NCBI GenBank assembly: GCA_038496445.1
Contig: JALMLS010000455.1
Coordinates: forward strand, 682,001-746,000
Direction: 5' to 3'
Origin: Trichosphaerium sp. ATCC 40318
Lineage: Eukaryota > Protista > Tubulinea
Length of the DNA stretch: 64,000 nucleotides
Translations under genes and position numbers: made by a program
Notes under the pieces: generated by a model
What the model was told of the DNA's origin: nothing
What the model saw: the letters and a program-made list of their open reading frames with translations, nothing else
Database searches by the model: none
Part shown: one piece after another, positions 26,101 to 43,028 of the stretch
How the letters are laid out: each line of letters begins with the position of its first letter
How positions within the stretch are numbered: the first letter of the stretch is position 1

Positions 26101-28581
26101 GCTATCAATTATACCTAAGAGAGATGATAAATTTGAGATCAAGACGATTAAAACGATCAAGAAAAATGCAAATACGCAAAAAATAGTACGTTTAGAAACA
26201 CGTGTTCATTCAGTTCTGTTTTTTTTTCTCAATTTTTTCTTTGCTTTCTATGTTTATTGTTTTTGCTGTTAAACAACTTTTAGTCACTTCCCAACAAATA
26301 TGAGCACATATCAACCGTTTCAAAGTTCTTGGCTTATCAATTTACTTCCCCAGAAATATCAATAGATGTGTTTAATAACTTGCAAACAAGATTAAGAGGT
26401 GAGAACCAAAATAACATTTTATTTATGTTAACAAAATATCTAGAGTTCCAAAACAAAGACTTCCGCCTGTTTTCAAATCTGATAGTATTGGATGACTTGT
26501 ACGGCAACACAATTGTGCTGTACTATAATAGCCATGCGGTAAATATTGTCATTAGAGGCAAGGTGCCGTGGCTATGGAAGGTACGATAATAGTTAAGTAT
26601 TGCAAAAATTCATATATTTTAGAAATGTATTGGATCATACGTAGCACCGTTGGAAGGTAACCAAGTTCAACTATGCCCTGTTAGCATTCAAAACGGCCAC
26701 ATTGTTGTAGCTACACAACCTCCATATAAGTTTGACCAAACAGGTAACCACAATGTGAAGTCAACTATACTTAAATCTGATAGGAGATATTGTCACAGCA
26801 TCTCACTTGAAAGAGGGCTTTCCTGTACTGCCAATAAGCCAAAATACCTTTTGGAGCAGTCTTCATGGTGAAAAATTCTTGCGACAAGGCGATTGGAAAG
26901 AAAACAAGAAAAAGTATCCGGGTTTGAGATGGACGTCTCTCACAAGCAACGAAACAGCCAAAGTATGTGTAACACTTGTTCCAGTTTGTTATTTAATCTT
27001 TGGTAACTAAATCCAAAAAGGAGCGTTATGATGAGTACTTGAGAGCTCGCAATATGTTCTACAAGTTTATGGGTACTGAGAGTGAGTCGTTCTTTAAACT
27101 TGAAAAGATTGTATTCTTTGACAATCAAACGCTTGAAGCTGCATTCCAAAAAAAATATGAACATCTCGTTTCTAAAGTACTTCAATCTAAATCTTCAGGT
27201 AAGTGATTTGAACATTTGGTGGCAATTCTTATTAATCCCATTTAGATATTAGAGCTAGCAGTGCTGTTGATAAAAATATTCTTGAAGCACAAGAACGTAC
27301 AATGAACCATTTGAAAAACTACACTCTTCGTGTTTCTTGTAATGAGCAAATCAATCTCATTGGTGGGTTTCACGGAACAACAGAGGTATTCTCCTCTTAT
27401 TAAGTATTCTACTAATACGCATACATAGGACATCAGTTTTTCAATTGCGACCAACAACTTCAGAGAGCCAACCAAGTCAAAAAGCAAGAAAGATGAAGGA
27501 TTCTTTGGTACAAATACCTAAGCTTTCAATGTGTACTTGTCTAACTTACTGTGTTACAAAGGGAATGGTATCTACTTCACACAATACCCAGACTATGGTA
27601 CGTGTCTATAGTCATGTGCTTAGAGTTAATAGAGCTGTTGTAGGAAAGGTGTATGCGGAGTGGAAGAAGACTGATACTCCTTGTATGTTGATATCATGGG
27701 TGATGATGGGAAAACCCTATCCGGCTACTGAGGTTCCTAACCCTCGAGATCCAAACAGTCTCTATGGAAAACCATGCAAGGTAATCAATTGAAATTACCC
27801 ATTAATTCATTAATTAGGCTAACAACGTAAAAATAGGATGGATACGATTCACACTATGCTATTGTAAAAAAAACAACAGATGCTCGCAATTGTTATCCTT
27901 GTAAAAAACATGAAAAACCAGACTTTGATGAGATTGTTGTATTCTCTAACAAACAAGTACGAACCTGACATTCTGTTAATAATCCTACAGGCGGGTTCTT
28001 CTAACTTTCTTTTCAATAGATTCTTCCGAGATACCTTGTTTATTACCAAAGCACAAATACTATTACTCCATCACAGTTCAACATCAAGTACAGAGATGCA
28101 AAGAGTCTCATCTTATGGGTTGATGATAACTTATCCAGGGAGAACAAAGATATTGTGAAGCTATTAAAAGCTCGGCCAAAGAAAACAGAGGCACGACAAA
28201 ATAGAATATGTTGAAGGGTACTACTAACCTCCAAAGGTTTTGGAAATGATGTCATCCTCAGAGGTTTTGGGATGGCTCCAAAAGTTTAAAGGATATAGTA
28301 ACAATAGGCTACGTATTGTAACAAACAGATACCGTAAAGGTGATGGAGATGAGAATGCAGCAGAGCACTTGGTAAAAAGTATAATTAAGCACAATAAGAA
28401 ATGGAGTAAAATACCTATTCTTGTGTTTTGTGGTACGCGTGTCACAACAACAATCGATTGCATTGAAGTTAAACATGCTCATATTTTGAATCTAGGAAAC
28501 AAATCAAGTGTCAAGTACCTCAAAAGGAAATACAGGAATGTTTCAGTCACAGACAATCCTGCAGATGTATTATCCTTGTAA
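23198..28581 (+). CDS. Roco-family protein: MORN repeats - Roc GTPase - COR - PARP/ART catalytic domain - receiver-like domain
   Basis: Roc: KLLVVGHGGAGKTTL, STVG, DFAGQMEY, GSKSD; COR: KVPTLY..LNYLHSIG..LCLDPP.L; ART: GFHGT, GNGIYFT, VMMGKPY, YDSH, DEIVVF..QILPRYLVYY; REC-like: ILWVDDN..RIVTN..PILVFCG. Confidence 0.85.
23449..24030 (+). repeat. Near-identical 69-bp (23-aa) MORN tandem repeats, about 8.5 copies
   Basis: Unit GSKYIGDFVDGKMTGKGELYSPD starting at 23449, 23518, 23587 ... 24001. Confidence 0.95.
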
Positions 28582-28630
28582 ACAAGTGTTATAGTTGACG
28601 ATATAAATATATCTAGAATTTTACTTGAAA

Positions 28631-33823
<5,193 letters not shown>

Positions 33824-33847
33824 GGAGATCTGAACTGTCTAGGGCCG

Positions 33848-33859
33848 TGTCACGTGACA
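33848..33859. promoter_or_regulatory. Perfect 12-bp palindrome TGTCACGTGACA (E-box/CLEAR-like) 25 bp upstream of the ABCC start codon
   Basis: Seen directly; an identical copy lies at 34225-34236 in the same divergent intergenic region. Confidence 0.5.
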
Positions 33860-34224
33860 GAAGCCATGAAGTGAAAATTAAGTGGAATTTCTCAAAAATG
33901 GTACGTTTTGGTAATAGTGATCGAATATGAGACATAAAGGATTTTGCTTCGCAATGGCATCGCCCCATTACTCACAATTGTTAACAGAAGTACGTGGGCT
34001 AATAGTGAATGGTAAATGTTATGCTGATACTTTCTCTAGAGGTGGCGTTAAATCTATCCCAGTTCAGTTTTACAGGCTACAGTCTAGAACAGATACTGTC
34101 AATACAAAGTACATAACGTATTTGGTTATCATTATTTTGTAAGCGAGATCTACCACTACCACCTCTACGAATCCCTATCTTCCCTACTTTAAGCGCAGGT
34201 TAAGGGAGCTATTCCTAATAAGGC

Positions 34225-34236
34225 TGTCACGTGACA
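34225..34236. promoter_or_regulatory. Perfect 12-bp palindrome TGTCACGTGACA about 100 bp upstream of the THI5-like gene
   Basis: Seen directly; same motif as 33848-33859. Confidence 0.5.
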
Positions 34237-34338
34237 ATATTAACTATTTCAGAGAAAACTTGTCGTTTAAACTCACCGAAATCAGAATGAAAACAACGCA
34301 GTTTTCATTAATTTCAAAATCATAACGTCATATCACAA

Positions 34339-35107
34339 ATGACAGAGATAACTGTTGCGTTAGATTGGACTCCAAACATTATACATGCAGGGTTTTTTAT
34401 TGCTAAACAACTCAAATGGTTTGAAGAGGAAGGATTGAAAGTTCACCTTTTATCGCCAAAGGAAGACAACTATTCTACAACGCCATTACGTAAGCTCTTG
34501 GATCCTAAGAGAAAAGTAGACTTTGCTTTATCTCCAACAGAAAGCGTAATGTCGTATCAAACTTCTAGAAACCCTCAAGACGTTGTAGCTGTTAGTGCTC
34601 TTCTACAGAAAGACGCAAGCGCAATTGTAACGCTTTCTACAAGTGGTATAGACAAACCTTCAAAACTCGACGGAAAAATCTATGGTAGCTACGCAGCACG
34701 ATTCGAAGACCATATTGTGAAAGAAATGGTAAAGAATGATGGAGGTAGCGGAGAATTAAAGATAACACAACCCAACAAGCTTAAAATATGGGATAACTTT
34801 TTGTCCGGAACAGTTGCTTGCCAATGACCCTCCGAAAGCCATCGAAGCACTCAAGAATTGCGGAGAAGAAGACCTGAAGGACAGTAAACTACTAGAAAGA
34901 GCTGTGGCACACTTGAAGGGTACAATCCTTTTGGACAACGGAACGTGGGGAACGATGGATGCTAACAGGTACTCTAAACAGTCTATGGCGGTGCTAACTA
35001 GGATTAGGTGGAAAGCGTTCGTAGATTGGCTTGTAGAGAAGGGTTTGCTCGAAAAGGATAAGAAACCAGATATCGGTCGCCTGTACACCAACGATTTGTT
35101 AGCGTAA
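34339..35107 (+). pseudogene. NMT1/THI5-like substrate-binding protein gene with internal deletion and frameshift near 34815 (or assembly gap)
   Basis: ALDWTPNIIHAGFFIAK, KLDGKIYGSYAARFED, IWDNFLSG, then a jump to another frame (NDPPKAIEAL..WGTMDANRWKAFVDWL..LYTNDLL); the family's central D-A-T-W..WEG..YSPV segment is absent. Confidence 0.7.
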
Positions 35108-35280
35108 GCAATAAATAAAGCTCACATCACTTTTGAACGTCTCCAAGTCTATTTCATCTATTTTCAACAGTATCGACGCGTACCTCAGACGCACAGTACG
35201 TCAACGGTCTTGTAAACAAGGTAGGAGGGAAAAACCGTGACATCAAGATCTTGCTATTTGGTTTATTTGTACAGGTGGGG

Positions 35281-36765
35281 TTATTTCTTGTTTTGGCCAA
35301 AGCCTAGAGACTCTAAAGTGACTTGCTTTGTTTTACGCACTTTGGCTAATAAGGTTTTAGTTAAAAAGACAAAGAAGGGTTACATTTGCTGATAGCACGT
35401 ACTTGGAGGCTGCAATAACATTGCAGTGTATTTCTCAATATCAGCGTCTTGCTCTACTTGAGCTCGTTTTCTCTTCATAGAACGCTATGACGTGTTAGTA
35501 AGCACGAGATGCATGGCAGTGTGGGATGTTAATTGAAACAAACTGCTTTGGCAACGTACTTTAGGTCTATCCTTCTTTGGTGATGTTTTAGATGGATTAG
35601 AGTTAAGAATACCTTCTATCTCACTAACGTTAACGACATCCGTCTTTTCGGTCAAAACAGCCGAATTTAATCCTGGTGATACCGTTAGACCCTTACAATG
35701 CGAAGAAACTGCTACTTACGTGACGTCTTTGGCTTTTCGGGCATTTTCTTCGCTGCATCTTTGTTAGGCTTTTTATTTTCTTGATTATCCTTTTCTGTTT
35801 GTTCTTTAGACGCTATTTTATTTTTTGTAGACTCGTTTCTCTTTTTCAAAATATTGTCGTTCGCAATTTTTTCCTTTTCTAATCTTTGCTTTTCTTTCTT
35901 CTCACGGATTGGTTTAAAAATAAGCTCATCCAACGATTCACATATCTGCAATTACAATGTAAATATAACGAGGTGATTTAAGAGCTTAACGTGCATCTGA
36001 AAACCGTGTACGGCTCGCCTCAGTAACCTCTAGGAGTTTTTTTTTATCTACTTTTTTCTATTGTCGTTATTACTAGTATAGAGCGAAACAAAACGCATGG
36101 GATTGATTCGTACCCTCTTAGATTGTGCTGTTAAAAAAAATGCTGCTGCAACAAATTCTGGTGCTGTATAATCTATATCCTTTCTTCTGGACGCGTTCAA
36201 ACGCGCAGAAAATAGTTTTTTGTAACTTGCGGGAGTATTAAAAGGCGTTGTAGCGAATAATGTCTACGTACGTTTTTAACACATTTGAAGCTGTTTTTGC
36301 AAGGTCTGGTAGCCCGAACTGTACTCCCAACTGTGAAAAAGTGATTTCAAATCTATTAAACGTTAAAACAAAAAAGTCGTTAAAAAATTTTTAAATGCGT
36401 GCTTGATTTTGAGTGTGTTGGTTATTAAACCAAAAGCCTGTTGGTATTGACGAGAATTGGCGCCAATTTGTTTAAGTGCCACTGCTCGATCGAATTTATG
36501 CTTGTAACTGTAATTGAATCAATACTAGGGCAGTTGCGACTACTAATACGCACAATCGACAAGCTAGGTTTACACAAACGATATTCTTGCATTCATTACC
36601 CTACAAATGGTAAGTTACGCGTAAAAAGCGTAGATTTACCTTTCGTAAACCCATAGGAAGCCTAATTTGTAACAGCCGCGTATATTCTTCTGATTTCCTT
36701 ATGACGCGTACATCTGTGATACCTAACCGCGCAAATATCGGTTTTAACGCTGCTGATACACTCAT
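35281..36765 (-). CDS. ORC6: Origin recognition complex subunit 6
   Basis: LGITD..VIRKSEEYTRL, CKNIVCVNLAC, LGVQFG..A..VL, DIDYTAPEFVAAAFFL..KVDKKKLLE. Confidence 0.8.
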
Positions 36766-36951
36766 TGGGTAGTAATCCAAAAATTGTCATTCTCGGTCAA
36801 GCTGTGTTTTGTAAAAAGGACTAATTTAATGAATATATTAACACGTGTTTCTTTATGTAGTATCTAACTAAAGTACAAACCGTTGATTATGAGTATTCTC
36901 ACAAGATTTTTATTGAGTAAAGTGATGTATGTTTGTGTATAAAGAAAAGCA

Positions 36952-39410
36952 CTACGTCATCTGTGCGTATGCAGTTGGATCTTCTTTTTTCTTGCAGCAG
37001 CATATAACTACTACAATTACTACTATAACAAGTACTACAATTACTGCAGCAGCTATAGCAGCATATATCCAGATAGGAATACCGTCAGGGTCAGAATAAG
37101 GTGGATCAACTGGAAAATAGATTGAGTTGACTTGAGCGCAATTAGTCACAGGGAATAGTGCGCAGTCAAGTTCATGAGGTTCAACACAGCCTTCGTCAAT
37201 TTATAGTTGACAAGATGCATAACAAAGGTGAGGTTGCTCTCCAGTTCTCCTACAAAACTTCATAGCCCTGTCAAGGAAACTCTAAAGTAAAAATGAGCTC
37301 AAGGAAACAAGAAAAAAAGAAGAAAAAAAAGAACAATGCAATACTAGCAAACTAAAAAAGCAGACTTTACCACAATGTAGTTATGGGTTATATTTTTCAA
37401 TTGCTTTCACGGTGTCCAGAACTAGAACTCAAAAAGATTTTGCCATGGCAAGCTTTTTTCTTTGAAAAACAAAAGTTCTGCGTACTAGTGCCATATCTGA
37501 ACAGAGTTTGGATGTGAAGTTGTCCTTAGAAATGTCAATAACACATGGATTGATTTCACATTTATCTTCAACATAATTAACATCAACATAAATACTTGGT
37601 AGTGGACCAGGTTTTATAGTAGTTGCATAAAAATGACCTGATCCAGTCATTTTAATATAGTATGTTTCTCCTCCTGTCAGCATCATACTTTCAGTATGAG
37701 TTGTCCTAAACAAATACATAGTTAGCAGAGCGAAGGAGAACAACAGAAACTGAAAACCAGGAAGAGACTGTGACGTACAAAACATAGGAAGAAGTGTTTG
37801 ACTTGCAAACAGAATCTGAAACAATAATATAAGTCATACCAATGTCAACAGAATAATGCATTAGCATCTGGTTTAATTAATCTAAAAGTTTCATGATCTT
37901 CCTCTTCTGTTGCTACAGCAAAATAATTGATGTCGTTTTTCATCTCAACAGTCCATCTCTCAAGCCCTAAACAAAACAAAACTTAACACTTGCCGACTTA
38001 AATAAGGAAAAAAAAGAAGACAATAGCACTGCATCAACGGAAGGTCTTTAAGAAAAGTACAATTCATTTTTCCAAACTACGTAGTTTTCCAACTGGATAA
38101 AGTTTCGTTTGAAGCTTTTCAATACTGGGATAGTTGTCAAGACAAAAAAAAGAAGAAGGATCTAAACAAAATGTGTAGTTACCATCCCGCTTGATTCTTA
38201 TTGTTTCACCTGTTGGGTTATAAAATATGATATCCGTAACCTTGTCTATACAAGCTGCTATTAATTCAATACTCTCCCTTTCGCAATAAGAGTTTGCAGT
38301 ATGGACACAATAAGATCCAGTAAAATCGGTAACAGATAAAAATATAGTATCTGGTATTTCATATCTTCCATAATTGAAAGGAATGAAAGTATTCGCTGAT
38401 GGAGATAATCTAGGCACTAAGAAAAAACGTCAGTAGCTCACGGCAAACAAACCCCACGTGATAAACCACGTGACAAAGATAAATTGTTAACGTTAAATTA
38501 CAAAGCCAAAGAAAATACTATTAATGACGTACAATCATGTCTCTTAACGACACTCAAAGGAGATTCATCAGTAGCAAAGAAAAAGACTCTATAAAACTCC
38601 TTGCAAATGTCTGGGCGTTCTAGAATATCACCATCTCCATCAAATACAAGACCAGCAGCGTCTATGACTTCAAACTTATCAGGGAATTTAGAATGTTCAG
38701 TTTCAAGTTCTTCCATCATTTCTTCAGGTGACTCGCGTGGCATTATATTTGGTTGGGTCAAATCCGACGTAAAATATTCTGTACAAGAGCTTCTGAAGCA
38801 TGAGTTTCGTTCCACTGCTTTTCTTCAGCATTGTAGATAATAACAGCTTCAAGTGGAATTTCCATCATGCCTACAAGTGCGTAAATCAGTGAACAAAACT
38901 TTTTACAGAACAAAATTACCAGCAATGTCTTGACGGACTTCTGTTATGTTTCTACATTCAAAAATATCTGCGAAAACTACTTTCTTTGGTTGTCTATATT
39001 GATAATTCATACAAAGAGGTTCGTCTATCTTGCTACCGGTTCTATGACTAAACAAAAAAGTTAGAAAATCAACAAAAATCAACAAAATTAAAAGTTTGTT
39101 TTGCGTTATATTATGTGATATTGTACAATACTAGACACCATTTTCAAAACGTTCTTATCAGGTTAAATAAAGGGACTTACAGAAAACAAAGCAAGTATAC
39201 CTTCTAAGTGTAGTGGAAAAAAAAAAGTCGAAAAAATAGAAAGAAAAAAAATGGAAGATCAACAATGAAATAATCGGCCGTACACAGCTAAGCCACTACC
39301 AGTTGGAAGCAAAAAGTATTCCATAAATCTTGTCGTATAGCATACCACTGAGCTGCAGTAGCATTCATAGTTTGAACTTCATCCATGTAAGATTAGCCTT
39401 TGGTACAACT
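36952..39410 (-). pseudogene. 5'-truncated, frameshifted inverted paralog of the 46033-51289 surface protein
   Basis: Exon-by-exon similarity (CMNYQYRQPKKVV, FEVIDAAGLVF, FTGSYCVHT.NSYCE, FPVTNCAQVNS); small deletions at ~39325 and ~39385 and indels at 38740-38820. Confidence 0.7.
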
Positions 39411-39911
39411 AAACAAAAAAAAACCGTTAGCACGCCATCGTCTGAAGAAAAGTGCGTAAACCTATGGCCCGTGAAACCCGTTTAGTATTGGATCGTTACT
39501 TAAAATTGTTTGAAATATTACTGTAAGTTTTACAATAATTTATATATGTGGGCTGATGTTTTGGAAGTCTGTAGCTCTAGCTCATTTGAGGCCTTCCGAT
39601 ACGATAACTTTACTTATAGGGAGGTGGTTCAGGGCCCTAGTAGTAGTGCTAAGTCAATAAAGTCAAGTTCTTTTTTAAAAAATGCAGATCACGGCGGAAC
39701 TGCACTTATAATCAGCGGGTTGCACTCTTTATTATCACAATTGTTTAGGGTTGGTGTCACCCACAGATTTTGATTCAACCATACACAACCCCAGGTAAGA
39801 CTTTTATAAATAATAGGGTGGGCGGATACTGTTCCATGTTTGTTCATAAACTTCTGTATGTGGTTTTTTTTTAAATTAGCCGTCTTCGTTTAAGTGAAAA
39901 AGCCCAGTACT

Positions 39912-42420
39912 CTAATCTTCAGTCTCATCATCACTCTCTTCACTCTTATTTTTGTCTTCGGTTGCTGATAGGTCTGTATAATCCTCAGCTGAAAAACAAA
40001 GTTAGCTAATCAAATAAAATAAACAACACGTGACTTACAATCTTCCCCTAGATCTCTATTAAAAGTAGGTTGCTTTCGCATCACTTGAGCGCTTTTTGCA
40101 AGTCGTGGTCTCACAAGTGTTTGAGAACTAAACATTGTTTTCTTAAAAGCACCAAAAGCGCTTCTCCATCCTTTGAGTTGATTTTTTGCAGCCATCTTGC
40201 TAGGTTCACTTAGCCTCTTTTTTTCGTTCTCAGTTTCTGATTCTGATGACGATGGCTCTGTCATAATGTCACTGCTGTCTTCTTTTACAGTGCTTATATG
40301 ACGTTCAATATCGACATCTATTCTAAGAGATGTTATGGTTACTGCAGTAAAGATACCCTTGACATACATTGGTCCTTGGTTACAGTTGATTCTGGCAATA
40401 ACACTTCGGTTTCTTGTTTGTATCCTTGATCTGTTAGGTTCATATTCTCCTGTTGGTTTAGATTCAGGTTTACATCGTGGTGGAGATATAGTCAACGCTT
40501 GTAATGTGATCAACATGCATGCAGTAACCCAAAAAAACCACCTTATAAAAAAAAGTTAATAATGTAATTAAAACAATCAGTATTCACGTGATTCTAAACA
40601 TTCACAATGAAAAATAACAATAGATTCACTTTACTCGTGAAGTATATATATTTTTCCAGTTAAAAACGGAAGGAGAAAATACTTAAGGCGTAAACACGTG
40701 ATTCTTTGTTCGTACCAATATACTAATCTTGGAATTGGAAATTCTGTAATTCTTGAACTAGCTGTATGTTAGAGAAGCAAGTTTAATAAAGTATCTTTAA
40801 GTAAACGCACACGAAAAGTATATATACAACGCAAAATATCACTATCAAGATAATAAGTGAAACAAGGCGGTTTTTGATCTTAAGAAAAGAATAAGAAAAA
40901 TAAAAGCAAGAAGTTTTTTCGTACTTTTTTTAATTCTTTGCCGCTATGGTCACTTCGCTCCATCATACTTTCTACGCGTCTTTGTAACTGATACAATGTA
41001 ACAGAACAATATATGAGAACAGACAAGGAATTTATGATGTAGAAAGTAGCTGATACAAGAGATATAACTACGTATGTCTGAACAGGTTTTAAAACCAATT
41101 ATTCAAAAAAAAAACTTAAGACATACCTCTTGATTTATAACACGGATAGCTGATCCTATAATTTCTTGTAAAAATACTAATGCTACCCACGCATAAAAGA
41201 CCCATCTAGAAATCTCAATTTAATCACAATACACAAAGACAGAAGAACTTACTTAAACCGCGAAAGCCCCGAATTAATAGCAACTTTCAAAGAGCTTAAA
41301 ACTTTTTGCCTAGATTATTATGTCAGCCACTTTCTTCGTATTTTTATTTACTTACCACCATAATGTCATGAGCATTAAAGGAGCCATGATTAACGAAAAA
41401 GGAGCAGTAAATAAAATCTCCCACAGCCAGTAACTAAATATGTTGTGGACGCCCAAAGGATCAATACACTGAGCGAGAAAAGTAGCTATTAAAAAAAAGA
41501 TTAGATCCAGCTTCAGCATCCACCAAAAAAAAGAGGACCAACCTATTGTTGCTAGAAGTAACAATATCAAGCAAAAGTACGCAATTGTAGGCTTAAATCC
41601 ATTGTGATACTTTACCAATTGATACAATCTAAAAATATCGATGAGGATTAACAAAAAATTTCATATTCGTTTAATGTCGTCACGTCACGTACCTATATAA
41701 TACAAAAACGAAAGTGTATAGAATAATCCCAGTCATTGATATTTGCCAAACCCAAATCCATGGGCTCTCATAAACTTGCATGAACTCATTAGGCTCTATA
41801 AATAACACATTAATATTTTGACAAAGTACTAATCGTTTTAAATTTTTACCTGTTTCAACGCGTACAATTAACGGCTCGTATGGTTTCCAATGTTTTTCCA
41901 GTTCTCCTATTATTAAAGAAAAAATAGGGACAACTATATCTGAACTTCCACTGCCATCAACCGAATACATTTGCTGAAAAAAAACAGCGTTAACAATTTA
42001 ATTTGTTAAAGCATCTAGATTTGTTTCCGTACGTGTCCAGGTCTTGAGCCAGGATAACCAGCTACCGCGCATATAATAGCTTTAGCTCCGGAATTTTGAA
42101 ACAATCTGTATCTGTCTTCAAGAGGAGGAGCGCAGTTCCTCAATAAAACAATCTTATCTTAAAGCAATGAGATATGATAATATATTATCGAAGCAAATCA
42201 CGTTTTGATCACGTGTAGCGTATAATTCATATAAATAAGCATTCATCTTCGTATTTACCTGTTTTATTAGTTGCTGAAGACTCTACCACCTCGCCAATGA
42301 AAGGATCAAAATCAATCCTGTTGCCATCATATTTAAGAGGCCAAATTCGCATTGTAGTGTTAGACGACTCTATTGGGCGTAGTACAGTAATTGTGGCATA
42401 AGACAAGCGCAGCAAGGCTA
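39912..42420 (-). CDS. PA-domain + multi-TM (7TM/THH1-GPR137-like) receptor-like protein with long cytoplasmic tail
   Basis: PA-like DKIVLLRNC..LFQNSGAKAII..IVVPIFSL, followed by at least 6 hydrophobic helices (IDPLG..; LMLMTLWW); first exon uncertain. Confidence 0.7.
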
Positions 42421-43028
42421 AAGTATACTTAATTTGGTGTGCATTCCTACAAACGCATACCCAATAGCGCCACGTGCGCGACGAGACAGTTCTTAAACAT
42501 TTTCCAAACTTACTAATTAGTCTAGATTGTAGGGCTACCAAATACTTATAATTGTATGTTTTATGAAGTGAAAAGTGGCGCTTCCTCGGTTGTGTGCGGA
42601 AACAAGATTATTTTCGCACTTAATTTACAATCACAAACTTACGGTTTTTCTATCACGCTATGTTGAGTTATATACACGTTCTCATAACATTTAGTAAAAG
42701 ACCCGGCGATCTTTTCTACGCTATGGTGTGAGTGTATTGGTTATTTATAGAGTTACTTGTAGTGGTGTAATGAAATAGAATATTTTTGATAACTACAAAC
42801 AACAAACTACGCATCAAAACCTATGTAGCACCCGAACTCTAAGAATTACATATGAGCAAATATGTATTAGTTGCAGTTATGAGCAATGAAGACAGAAGAT
42901 AATTCAACATGATGTGCTGGAATCAGAGATTAAATTTACGAGCTGCATGATGTACAGAAAAACTCAAGGAGAAAATAGATTAACAACTAACCGGAAACGT
43001 CGTTTATGCTTTTAATTTTATGACATAT

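Noticed and set aside
33830-35280. TPP riboswitch near the THI5-like gene
   Set aside because: No CTGAGA..ACCTGAT..TAAT..GCGNAGG core recognised in the flanks or intron
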